Translations under genes and position numbers: made by a program
Notes under the pieces: model-generated
What the model saw: the letters and a program-made list of their open reading frames with translations, nothing else
What the model was told of the DNA's origin: nothing
Databases searched by the model: none
Origin: Ascidiella aspersa
Lineage: Eukaryota
NCBI GenBank assembly: GCA_963924565.1
Contig: OZ004613.1
Location: 30,318,001 to 30,382,000, forward strand
Direction of reading: 5' to 3'
Length of the DNA: 64,000 nucleotides
Part shown: one piece after another, positions 14,409 through 38,684 of the stretch
How the letters are laid out: each line of letters starts with the position of its first letter
Numbering within the stretch: position 1 is the first letter of the stretch

Positions 14409-15307
14409 CTCAAGAAAATATTATATAGCGTTTCGCTCGTTACACATTTTGGTTTACCAGCAAAGATTGGTCACTTGGTAGATCTTTTATACATTTTAGC
14501 ATTACCTATGCTTTTAGCATAAAAATCAACTACAAGTCTTTCTAACCGAAGTACTAGTTCAAATTCTTTTTTTTTGTCTGAGAGACTAAAAAAGCCGTTG
14601 GACAAGGTACCTTATTAGATAAAATCCGATTTAGGTTAAAATTAGAAATACAGTAGATAGGGCTACGTCACTTGTATTAAGCTTGCAATCAAACTTGAAA
14701 TCCAATTTCAGTTAGATCGATGGCGATATATTACAGGGAAATTGATGAGAGAAATTTAACCCGATGTTTTGATTTGAATTATAACCCATAGGGACGTAAC
14801 AATGGACTGCTTTGTTGACGATGATCAATATTCGTCATACGGTTATATCGGTTTGAGTAATTTCTGTACGTACAGTGGGGAAGTCTTTTCACAATAAACT
14901 CTATATTCTAATGAATGCAAAACGGCGGTGTTTAGATATTTCCTAGTCAAAAATTTTTTTAAGTTTGTTTTGTAAATGTTGAAGATATTTGAACGATCAT
15001 TATTTTAAGATACAAAATATGTAAGTATACTAGTAAGAACAAGGCAGGTGTAAAAGTAGAATAATTTTCTTACCAAAACGCAAATTTTTTTTCGAATGAC
15101 GTCATTACGGGACGTCTAAAGCAAATGACCTTGGAAAAGCTATAAAGTTATCTTTCGATAAATAATATGCAGATGAAAATCGTTAAATACAATAAAGGAG
15201 ATGCTTGCCTTGCTTGGTCAAAAAAGTGTTTTTTTGACATTTGAACATTTTTTCACCTGTAAAACTTTTTTTTTATCAGAACGCCATTCCAGACCGTTCC
15301 ATTGCTT

Positions 15308-15884
15308 CAGGGGTGGGCAACGTGCGGCCCTTCACCTTCTTCCAGCTATTTTTCCCTCACTAAGGCTACGAGCGTGCACTATGTTGGGCTTTTGCTCTAT
15401 CAGTTTCCTGTTTGAAGTGCGATGTAACCCATAGGCATAACCGCTGCACTAATGCAGTTGAACTAGAATGGGGAGCATCTATTACAAAACAATCTTCGTT
15501 CATAAAGTTTTACTTGTGTCACGTTGTTGTGATAAAGAATTGTTTTGCAACAATTACACTCGTCTAGTACGGTCAAGGTGTAACAGACTTTTGCCACGTA
15601 TATTGACTGAGAAGTTATGTAACAGCTGGTTTTGAATTAAGGCTGTTAATTAAATTGTACTGAGCCGATCCGTACGAGAAAGGCGTCATTGGAATTGTAG
15701 GAAAAGTTATTTGCGAATCCACAAGTAGACAGCACTGACAAAACTGCCCTAGTTGCAGCCTAGTAGCTCATTTGATATTCTAGTAAAAGCTGAAAATATG
15801 AATTAGTGTTTATTTAATGTGCGCCCTCCTGTGAGCATTACATTTCCTAACTGGCCCTTGTGTTGAAAAGGTTGCCCAACCCTG
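15308..15884. mobile_element. hAT-type MITE
   Basis: TIRs CAGGGGTGGGCAAC / GTTGCCCAACCCTG. Flanks CATTGCTT / CATTACTT match 7/8, as for an 8-bp TSD. Confidence 0.85.
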
Positions 15885-18800
15885 CATTACTTTCATCACT
15901 GCAACAAGGTCAAAGCGGTGTCGGTTGTAGGCTACTAACGAAAAAAAAAGTCTGACACTTTACTGCTTCAAGCGGGAGATTAAAATTGTTTTTAACATCA
16001 CTAAAAGCAGTAAAGAGCTAAAATATATGAATTGCATGTCATCCGAATACAGTCTGAACATTACAAGGCAAGCTTTTCACCTAAGCTTTAAGTTGGTTAA
16101 ACAACGCTTGACTGAACAAAACGACCCCTGTACTCAAGTTTACTATATTATAGTATAATTTTAAAGAAATCCTTGCACCCTTTGTTTGTCATTGCTTAGT
16201 ATCATTGCTTTAACGGTTTAACCCATTATCAAAATGTTTGGTGCATAGGAACAATACGTTATAATTCTTGTACCACAAATTGCGTCTTAAAATTACCTGA
16301 GGATTGTTTTTTCTTTAAAGTATGAAAGGAAAGGCACCGGAAAACCGAAAAAAGAGCTTAGTTTTAAGGCAGGCCTAAATAAGACATTTCAATCGCAACC
16401 GACTGACGCATCATATAAATTAACATTCCTGAACGATACATGTAGGTTTTTCAGTTTATAGTTAATTGTAACCAGTAAATTTAAAGATTAAATTAAGTCA
16501 AAAATTATACGTATAAAACAATGTAAGTGGCCAACAACAAAATTTTATGTTAAGTAGAAATTATACGCTGCTGTCCCAGTTGCCGGAAATTTCTCCAAGA
16601 ACCGGTAGAGGAAGAACTTGCAAGTTGCACGTGGTCAGTAATTAAAAGTAACATTTGAAGGGTGGAAAGAATAAACTATGAGTAAAAAACAAGGTTAGGC
16701 GAGGTATAGTAACATTTTCGGTTAAAAAAATGCTTTAGGAATAAATTAGAATCAAAACATTGTAAAAACTAAAATACAACGATAAATTGAACCATGCAAT
16801 CCCTTGGCACATTATACTGCTTGAGCAGCGATTTCCCTTCAAGGAATTGTAAAGTGTTCTCCGGAACGTTTTTGATTTGGAAAAATAACTTATTCGTATT
16901 ACAAGTAGGCACGTTAGCAGATGTGTGAGATTTGAATGTTTACTATCCTTAAATAACTGATAATGATAAAAAAACATTTACCTACAACCTTCGAGTATGC
17001 ATAGTGGATGATTCTTATAGTTGTATATGGTTTTGTAAAAAATGTGCTACAGTTAAAGAATCACTATTTCATAATTTAATTTTTTTCGAAATTGTTTTGT
17101 AGGAAGGAGGATTTCTATACATGACAAATCCGGCGGTAACAAAAAGTTACGAAACACACTCAAAACTTAAGCCAATACGTATTAGTCTAAAGTGGATTTG
17201 TCAAAAAGCGTACATTCTACTTACAAGTAACAACAACTAAACCATCTTTAACCTATAGCAATCACATTGCGTAATTCCCCAAACCAGCAGCCGAAACAGA
17301 AACATCCGTTCCGTAGCTCAACTAGATCGGGGAATTCCCGTACTTGTGATCCGGCTCAAGGTCACGTGCATTGTGACGTAACAGCAGACGCCCACGCATC
17401 GCGAGCAGTCAACAAAGTCAAGCGCAAAGACCAATCCAAGGTTTCGGCTGGATCCTGTTTATGGTAGCTTATAGGAAGTTCGTCAACAACTAGTTGCCAA
17501 AGGCCTGTTGTTGCAGTGGTTTAAGGGAAGTGAAACGTTTGTTTACGGAAAGGGTCACCATACTACGACCCACGGGTCAGATCCGGCCCACAGAGTTAAT
17601 TTATTTTAGCCCGCGCTCTAATTTCTTTTTGAAGATAAAGCATGTTTTAAGCCTTGTCGGGTGCACTACACTTTAATGAAATAATAAAATTAACGACAAC
17701 TTATTAAGGCTTACTACAGTTTTTATTGCATAGTTATTATTTTTTATTCGCTTCACGATAATCAAGGTAATTAAGTTCAACAAAAAAATTTATATCACGC
17801 CCGCAAACGTAAAGCGGCTCTGATAGAAATTCTTACGAACTAAAAATATCGGTTTCGTCATGGCGTTTTCTTGGATTTTAAGACAAACACTTCGCTTTTT
17901 TGACATTAATGAGAAAAACACTTATTTCATGGTCTTGCTTGAATATAAAACAAAATTAGTGTTTATACCACAGGATAAAGGTTTTACACTTTTGACTCGA
18001 TTTAAAAAGCTATTGTTTCGGTTCAATGGAAACGAAGCCGTTGTTATGAAAACTGCGAGTTTGTGGCCTTCAGAACACTTTAGTCGTTCATTCAGTGCTG
18101 TAGGAAAAAACACCTATTTTTACAGTTGAATATAAAAATAAATTGTTGTTTTCAACGGTTCTGATCCTTTTTTGGGGAAAAATGGATCCACATATAATTG
18201 TGGTTTCGCTAATGGCGTTGCCATTGCTTTTAGGACAGAAAATTTCCCTTTTTGCAGTCGTGTTAAAAATTCCCGTATGACAGGCTCGGCTGGTTATGAA
18301 AACAACTTGGGTCTAATGCTGTTTAAACCGGATGATGCTTCTGTATAAGTTTTTATAGTGAAAAATAACTGTGATTTCGTGAATTATTTTCAAGGAAAGA
18401 AAGTTGCCTTTTTCTTTATTTTTTAATCAATTTCCGTATTTCCTCTTTTGTCCATAATATTATTAATAACTGACACAATTTTTTTGTGATGCAAGATAAT
18501 GTCTTTTTAGGCAAAAATGTATAGAAGCCAAGTATATGCCTCCAGTTTCGTAAATGGTGTCACAAAAAAAATATTTTTTTCCGAAATTATTTTTGGCCGT
18601 TCTAACATTTATTAAACCCTGGCGTAAAAACTGTTTACACAAATAAAGCAAGTTTTTTTAAGGCTTTTGTTCAAAGACGATCAAAATCATTTGTGAAATG
18701 TTTTACCAAATCAGCATTTGAATAAAAAATAATTTAATAAAAAAGAAATAAATTTTACTCCAAGAAACGATTTTGGTTCTTCAATAAAGGAATCAATATC

Positions 18801-19749
18801 TTTTAAAAAAGGATTTCAAAAAACACTTCAGAAACATTTTTTGTAACGAAACAGCGCCACTGCAAAAACGAAATTGTGACGTATCAATGACAAACAATAG
18901 GAAAATCCAATCGCTGGGGAATTACCAGTTTCGATAACTTTAGGTGCTTAAATTAAATGTATTGAATATGTTACGGCATATTGCAGTTAAGCAGGCCGAC
19001 TTTAAAGAGACTTAGAGTATGTTTTACTTTAAACGCTTTGAATTTAGTTTGGCTAAACAAGAACGCGAGTTTTGCTCAACTAAGTTAAATTTTGTGACGA
19101 AAAGTCGTGTAAGCTGTAAAGTTTATTTCGCAGGATTCTTCACAGTTAACTGTTTTTTGGCAGAAAAAGTCCAACAATCGCAGAGCGTATTTCGGGTTTC
19201 TTAACTTTGTACGTACATTAAAGCACGTACACAGTGGATACGCATAAATAAGGCATTTACAACAAGCACATATTTTAGGAATGAATCAAGCGAAGACTTC
19301 TATTGTCGACGTAGTTTCACGAAATAGGAAATATGGACACTCTTCTATATTAATATTAAATTCCACATTGTTGAAATGTTCCGATATGATACATGCTTAT
19401 TGACGCCACAATAAATCCCATGCAAAGTGTAGAAATATCATGTTACGGTTGATATAGGAATCCCACGATGTACAACAATGGTTATAACGTTGTATCGTTC
19501 TGATTGCGAATAACAAGTTTTGTCCACTCAGCAAAAAATCACTTTCTCCCGCAAACGCACTGGAGAAGCTATGTGACCTTTGTAACAGCTGATCAGTAAA
19601 TTACATCACTTGAACAACAGGTGCGCAAAGCACAGGCCGGGTGGGTCTCTTTATAGACCAATAATATGGGCTATAACGGTTATTTTAGGCCATCTTTGTC
19701 ACAATGTGTCAATTTTACAAAAAGATAATCTATACGGACTTAGTGCTGT

Positions 19750-20040
19750 GAGTATTTTATTTTTATTTATGGTGGGTCGCAAATTAAAGCTAAACGAAGA
19801 CGTACTACTTTAATTTTTACTTCTATACAAAACTATTTTTCCACTATTTTTAAAGCAATTTTTTATAAGACAGCGCAAATAAAGATTGAAAATACGAATC
19901 TGACATCTTTACCGTCGGCCGCAAGTATTTTATTTTTGTTTATAGTGGGCCGCAAATTGAAGGTTATCGAAGGCTTACCACCGAATTTTACTTTCATGCA
20001 AAAACTTTTTTCCCACTAATTTTCAAAGCAAATTTTTTAA
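19750..20040. repeat. diverged ~174-bp-period tandem duplication
   Basis: AGTATTTTATTTTT...GTGGG(T/C)CGCAAATT...AAAGCAA(A)TTTTTT occurs twice. Confidence 0.75.
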
Positions 20041-21699
20041 GAAAATTAAGGGTAAAAAAAACAGTCTTCGCAGTAGGTCGCAATTGCTGGCCAATCGAGG
20101 CATGTCCAGTTCCCATGGATAGACAATGCACCGGGGCCGGGTGGGCTTAGGCTCATTCAGGGGCTTTATAAGGCCGCATTTCCGCACAATTCGAGTGAAT
20201 CCATTCGTGAACACCCGCCCCCGCATAACCAAGCAGCATGTTGTACAGCTGCGGCTTACAAGGCTTTTTTGACTTTCATCTCTGAAGCGTCCCCAGCCTT
20301 TATCAAAGCTTTTGCCGGTTTCGATGTGCTCGAGATGAAATCCGGCTGAAATTCACTCGAAAACCTCTGCGGCAGAATAAAATCCTGTGCCTGTGCGAAT
20401 GTTTGGCCTCGGTTGTGGTAACAGGTCCTGTAATAAAATCGCGTGTTTTTTATCACCTGCTGGTTGTTACAGCAATACTATTTGTAGCAGGGTAATCTAC
20501 GTTGCTTTATGGTGCAAGAAACGTACTTTGAAAACACTATTTTTTAACCAATCGGTCCTAAAAAGCACTATTTGCCCGATGTTTATTGTTTTTAGGCAGT
20601 AAACCACCACTTTATTGAATTTCAATTGTTTACCACTTCTTCTAATATCAGCCAAAAGCGGTTTACGGTCAACTTAACGATTTTAACAAACAACACACAC
20701 GGTGCCAACTTGTTTATCGCCATAAACTGATACGTGATGTAGTTTTGCATCATTCAAACTAGTCGGGGCATTGTGACGAGTGAATACGTCACAACTGGAG
20801 GGCGTGTGTATTGTTTTTATTGAAATCGACGCGTCACAATATCAGCAGGCTGTGAGCTCATGTGAAAAGAATGCTGGTGAAATCAACACTTTACTCTTTC
20901 TGATTAGATTACTTAAAAATCGCCTACGTTTCGTTCGATTTTAGCCGATTTAACAAAGATAAAAGTGAGAAGATGAGTTAAAGACAAAATATACAAAATT
21001 TTGTTTTTTCACGTATTCAGATTTCTGCGATCGCCCATTAAAACGAAAACCTAGCACAAAAAGTTAAAATTGGTCATGTTTACCAGAGGACTGAGCCTAG
21101 TTCTCAGGTGAATCACAAATTGTCAACAAACTGCTGGTTCCTGTAAAAGGTGATTGGCGTCCTTTTGCTTTTCACCCAAGCGAAACCCTGAATGACACCA
21201 TTGTTTCTGGCAAACAACTCAAAAACAAGACTATAAAGGATAATATTTGTTTGGTGAACACTGCGCAATAAACCGTTTAATAATGTGGCCCACTGTACAA
21301 ACATTATAGCATGTTTATTGAAATTTATTTAATTGGGGACAAAATGTTGGCTTACTGATAAAGATAAAGGTGTTCATATGCCGTTAAAATTCATTTGCGA
21401 CAATATTCTTTGTAAAAGTGCGGATAGTGCGCAATACAAACATTGCGTAATCTACCGGCGCCGCGCAGAAAGGGAGTTTAGCGAAGTTTGCTTGGAGCAG
21501 AAATAGCTTCGACTTATTTGGTGCTTTGCGGTCACAAACTAGCTGAAACTCGCATCGAGCGAGTGAATTTGTCAAGACCCTTACTTCAAGAGCTGCGCTG
21601 GGTCGGCGTTCCAAAGGACCCTCGACTGGAAAAAAGCGTTGGATAATGGTTCTCACAGCATTCCAGGGCAGCTTACTTGGGGAGAATCGATATTTCTTC

Positions 21700-21800
21700 C
21701 GGCTTTTTCTGTTACGTCAATAGCAATGCGACCAATCCGGAATGCAGGGGTCTGCTGGTCAGCGCATGCGAGAGAAGTTACTTTGCGCAAAATTGTTTGT
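21700..21800. promoter_or_regulatory. probable (possibly bidirectional) promoter of IPPK
   Basis: ETS-like CTTCCGG, CRE-like TTACGTCA, CCAAT and NRF1-like GCGCATGCG clustered ~350 bp upstream of the IPPK ATG. Confidence 0.45.
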
Positions 21801-22110
21801 AAAATTCAATCAATGTTTCATTAAATGTAGTTTGTACGTTATTTGTCACTATTTAATTACAGAAATGTGAAAAATTTGGTTTAGTTTGTTGTATTTCGGC
21901 CCGAATTTTAACTTTTTTCTAATGCAGCATTTTTTCCCCTTAACGCTATGATTTGGGATAAGTGGTGTTCGCATTCGCGAAAAGTTGCGAAGATTTCCGA
22001 GCGCTCACTCAGGGTAAAGCAGGGTCGTGTGTGTCTGAGCTTGTTTTCGTAGGAACGCCAAACTAAGTTGGACATGCTGAGGTCCGAAAATTCGGCAGGA
22101 TTACAATGTA

Positions 22111-23809
22111 ATGGAGACGTTTGACTGTACACAATGGAAGTACCGCGCAGAAGGGAACAAGCACATTGTAGTGAGCAACGAAAAAGGCCAGGTTTTGCGC
22201 CTTCAGAAAAGCCAGGCCACCTCGCAATACAATGGCGAACAACCGGCGCCGAAACCCGGCAAAGATAATGTTCGCGAAGTTTTGCGCTTTCAGGAATTCG
22301 TTGCCTTGCCGTTAATGAAATACTCCGATGCTTGCCACATTTCGAAAGAAGTTCAGGTTTCGTCGGAATTCGCCAACGCCCTGAATTCCAACATTCAACA
22401 CCAGCGTCCAGAAAGCAGAAGGCATAAGGACCTCAAGGAAACCAGGAATGGTTTGTTAATGTTTGATCATTGTTTTATTCCGATAAATGTTGCGAACAAC
22501 CAGTTACAGCTGCCACTGGAACTTGCCTTACAAAAGGATACCATCAGCATCGAGATTAAGCCAAAACGTGGATTTATATTACACGCAGATTCGAATGGAC
22601 TTCCTCAAAACGTTTGCCAGTTTTGTTTAACTCAACTGTACCGTGTTAAATGCGAGAAAAGATTCTCAGAATGTTCACACTACTGCCCTGTAGACCTATT
22701 TTCAGGTGACAAAGTCAGAATAAAGAAAGCCATATCTGCACTGTTATCTACACCTCAAAACAATTTCCGTCTATTTAAGAATGGACACTTGTCGTATTCA
22801 CAAGAGACGATAAAGCCCAACAAAAGCAGTTCAACGACAAATGGTATCAACACTCCAGTGTCACTTCTAACAACGCTACTTGAATCGTTTATATGTAGCT
22901 CGTTATCTTTAGATTTGTCGTTTCCGGAGCTGTGTTCAACATTCATTGATTTGATATGTGAAGCTCTTTTGTTACCGGTCCTAGAAAAACACCACGAAGG
23001 CGCCATCACAACACCTCAGTATTGTTGTGGACATTCCATCAAAGGGAGGCCTTCGAAGCTTTTAAATGGCCACTCAAAACCTCTGGAAATTCTTGAAGAA
23101 ACATCTCTTCCTAGTAACTGTATTCTAGGATTAATCCTTGCCGCTCAGAAATTAAATGTGTTATCAATCAGTGATGTAATGAAGTTGTACGATTCCGAAC
23201 GAAGTCGGGACAACGTGACGATGTCTGAAGTGGAATCCAACCTGGACGGCCCATATACTGCACCAGTTTGGAAAGATGCAATCAAGCCAAGTGGATCTCC
23301 CAATCATACTAAAGGAAAGGCAAAGTCTTCAAAAACGTATGTTTGTTTTTGTTCTACATATCATAAATTCTAGTTGAAATCATTTTCTAATAAATTTTGT
23401 ATCATAGGAGTTTTCTATAATTTTGTATCGTAGAAGTTTTTGCTAATTTTGTATCATAGAATTTAACAAAAAATATAGAAATATATTTGAACTGTTTTAA
23501 AAAATTTTTTAAAATTTTTTTAGAGACGTTGCTACAAAAGTTAGGCGCTTTCTTGTTTCAAAATCTTTTTGCGACTGTTCAATCATGATTTCTTTGAGAA
23601 AAATCCACCCCACCAAATCAGACGTCTCCCACCTAGTCAAGACAAAAAAGCCGACGGCTTTGTGTAACGTGATTCGCGACAGACTCGGAAACTTTTACCT
23701 TGTTTCCATCGCCGTTGTCGACATGGACCCAAAATCATCTTCAAGAATCCCATTTTATTTTGAACAAAATAAAAAACTGGCTGATTGGTGGAAATTGACA
23801 TTTACCTAA
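22111..23809 (+). CDS. IPPK: inositol-pentakisphosphate 2-kinase (IPK1), 2 exons, 503 aa
   Basis: Exons 22111-23336 and 23524-23809 join in frame (1512 nt). Motifs WKYRAEGNKHIV, ISIEIKPKRGF, CQFC, YCPVDLFSG, PQNNFRLFKNG, FCDCSIMISL, VVDMDPK. Confidence 0.93.
23391..23460 (+). repeat. ~28-bp tandem repeat x3 in the IPPK intron
   Basis: AATTTTGTATC(A/G)TAG occurs three times. Confidence 0.7.
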
Positions 23810-24494
23810 ATATTTTTTTTTTGAGCTTTTGAATTTTTTTTGCAATATCTACCTGTTATAATTAGACTTTAAATGCCGCATTAAAATGTAAAACACTTGC
23901 AATGGTCACAATGTTAACTTGCTGCAATATTAAATTGTAATTATACCTTTTTTTTGGTTGTGATTCTTTCATGTGCAATTTGAAGAGGTTTTCAAAGGCT
24001 GCTAAGTTATTCCCACGCCATGAATAGTGTTCAATTACTAGGAAACACTTAGTTAACAACAATTTGTCAATTGGGCAGATATCAGTTTACAATTTGTTGC
24101 TTGATGTTGTTTACTTTCTTCTTCACTATGCACTAATGGGTGGGGATTCTTCGAAAACTTTTCTATTGTGGTTATTTTAACCTAAAAACTTTATTTTTTT
24201 TGCAATGTGCTATTTTCTGTCCACTGCTTTACCATCGCTTTTCTTGCCTAATTAAATCATTCTGTTTTGTTGCCAGAGATTTTATTTGTGGTAATAGGAA
24301 TATTATATTTCGGCAGCTTTGTCTTGTAGAATTTCCTATTTTTTGGTTGTTTTAGGAAATTTTTTTGCTTTTTTTTATATGCAGAGTCAGTATTTGATGT
24401 ACCTGTTTCTTATTCCAGCATTCTAAAACCTTAAACACGGATAATTCTCTGATTAAATAATAATGTTGCTGACTTGAAGCTGTAATTCTGAAGC

Positions 24495-37035
<12,541 letters not shown>

Positions 37036-37904
37036 CGCACAACGATTCATGCGCTTTTTGTTTTATTAATTTTTTGGGTTCAGTGGAAAGGCAATAACAA
37101 AACAGTTGCAAATTTAAACAATTTACGTTTTTTTTTTTCAATTTTTTTAACAGAGTAACTTTTTTTAGACTTGTAAGTTCATTGTCAGGCTCATTAAAGT
37201 AATATGTATTAGAATGCTGTTTGAAAGTCGTACATTTCTGTAACAAAAGCATCTGCACCAAAACGCCTTTTTAAAGGCCAACGTAATCTTACCTACTTCT
37301 GTATGGTCTTTCATTTTCGTCCTGCACTTTATTTTTTTGGAATTTAAATTTTGTTTGAATTTAAATCGCACCCGCACTTTTTGCTTTTGTCTTTCCGCTG
37401 AAACGAACACTTAGTTTATATTTTCCAATTCCTCGTTAAGCCAAACGCCTGCATTTTAACTTAATGCACGTTTTCTTTTTTACTTCGTTTCTTTTCAGTC
37501 GCGATTTCGTTCGAAAACGCACAAAGATACCATTGTTACGCAACGCCGTGACGCTGTTGCTTTTATGACGTCATTATTTGCTGTATGCTCCCTTCAATAA
37601 GGGGCCTTATGTTCGTTGTGGCATAGTTCTGCTTGGGCGCAGCAAAGAAACTGGGTGCATTTTTGCAAACCTTTTTGTTGAAAAAAAGTACTTTAATAAC
37701 AGTTTTCGGTAGAAATTAAGACAAACATTAATTCAGTAAAAAAATTGTTTTTCGTATTTTTTTACCAGATTAACGTTTCGTTGTATGCTTCGACCCCAAT
37801 AGGTGTAAAGCGTGATTGAAATGCAACTGAAAATGCAACTTGTCGTCGATTTGTTGTCTAGCTGACCAACAGCGCCAACTAGTGTTGTGCAAAGTGCCTC
37901 ATAT

Positions 37905-37955
37905 TCGTGGTTGCGATTGGCGCTAGGTGGCACCCGTGAGTCGTCACTTGCGGTA
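37905..37955 (+). promoter_or_regulatory. candidate MORC2 promoter / CTCF-like site
   Basis: ATTGG (reverse CCAAT) next to CTCF-like GGCGCTAGGTGGCAC in a GC-richer patch between FEM1B and MORC2. Donor-like GTGAGT at 37936 and acceptor TTTAG at 38591 suggest a 5'UTR intron. Confidence 0.35.
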
Positions 37956-38684
37956 AATGACAAAAGAAGTTTGAAATAAATAAAAAGTTTCAATAAATGA
38001 AAATGGTCGCAGACTAAACAGTATGGGAAGCCCTGTACTTTAACCTGATATTATGTAGGGACTATTTAAAAGTTACAACAGCTAAATGGAAAAACGAAAA
38101 TACAAATGATGCGCACAAATCACTAATTTATGCCGTTTAGCTTGGTCTTCGGCCAAGTTAGACTTTAACACAAAATAAAATCTTACGACCCCTGTGCATC
38201 GGATTAATACAAAATTAAATTAACTAAAGTCTTCCGCAAGATTTTAAACAAATAGAAAAAGTGCAAACACGTATTTAGGTCAAAACCGGTCAAAACGGTA
38301 AAGTGAATACGTTTAACTTTGTTAATTTATCATAGAATTATTTAACAAAAGTGCTTATTGAAATTAATTTAAAACAAAACAAGTTGATGAAATTTAATAA
38401 GAAACATTAGCTTGTGGTAATTTGTGGAAGACAGCATTGCGGCAAAACTTGCAGCAAATTTATTTTTAAAGTAATTTTGTAAACTTGTTTCTGAAGTTGG
38501 TTGATTTTAGGTTTGAGTTTTAATTCTTTAATTTTTGTGAAGGTTCAGAATGATTAACATAAAAACAAATTAAATAGAAAGTTATAATTTAGGGTTTTCT
38601 CTGACAAGACAATTACTAACCAGAAAGAAACAGCTTCAAAGTTGAAATCTAAAAGTCTCATTTGTTTGAGCAAGTTAGTCAGCA

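Noticed and set aside
11600-20000. Short 60-90 aa ORFs and possible conserved miRNAs in the intergenic region
   Set aside because: No recognisable domains or exon chains, AT-rich compositional ORFs, and no match to the conserved miRNA sequences I checked by eye.
20023-20427. Minus-strand frame interrupted by a single TGA (20353-20355); possible selenoprotein or readthrough
   Set aside because: No start codon via the upstream exons (stops in all frames), no redox motif around the TGA, no SECIS recognised, and the frame ends inside a repeat.
20060-21700. Telomerase, RNase P/MRP or 7SK RNA as identity of the GC-rich blocks
   Set aside because: No CTAACCC template and no RNase P/MRP CR-I/CR-V or 7SK terminal motifs seen by eye; an Rfam scan is still needed.
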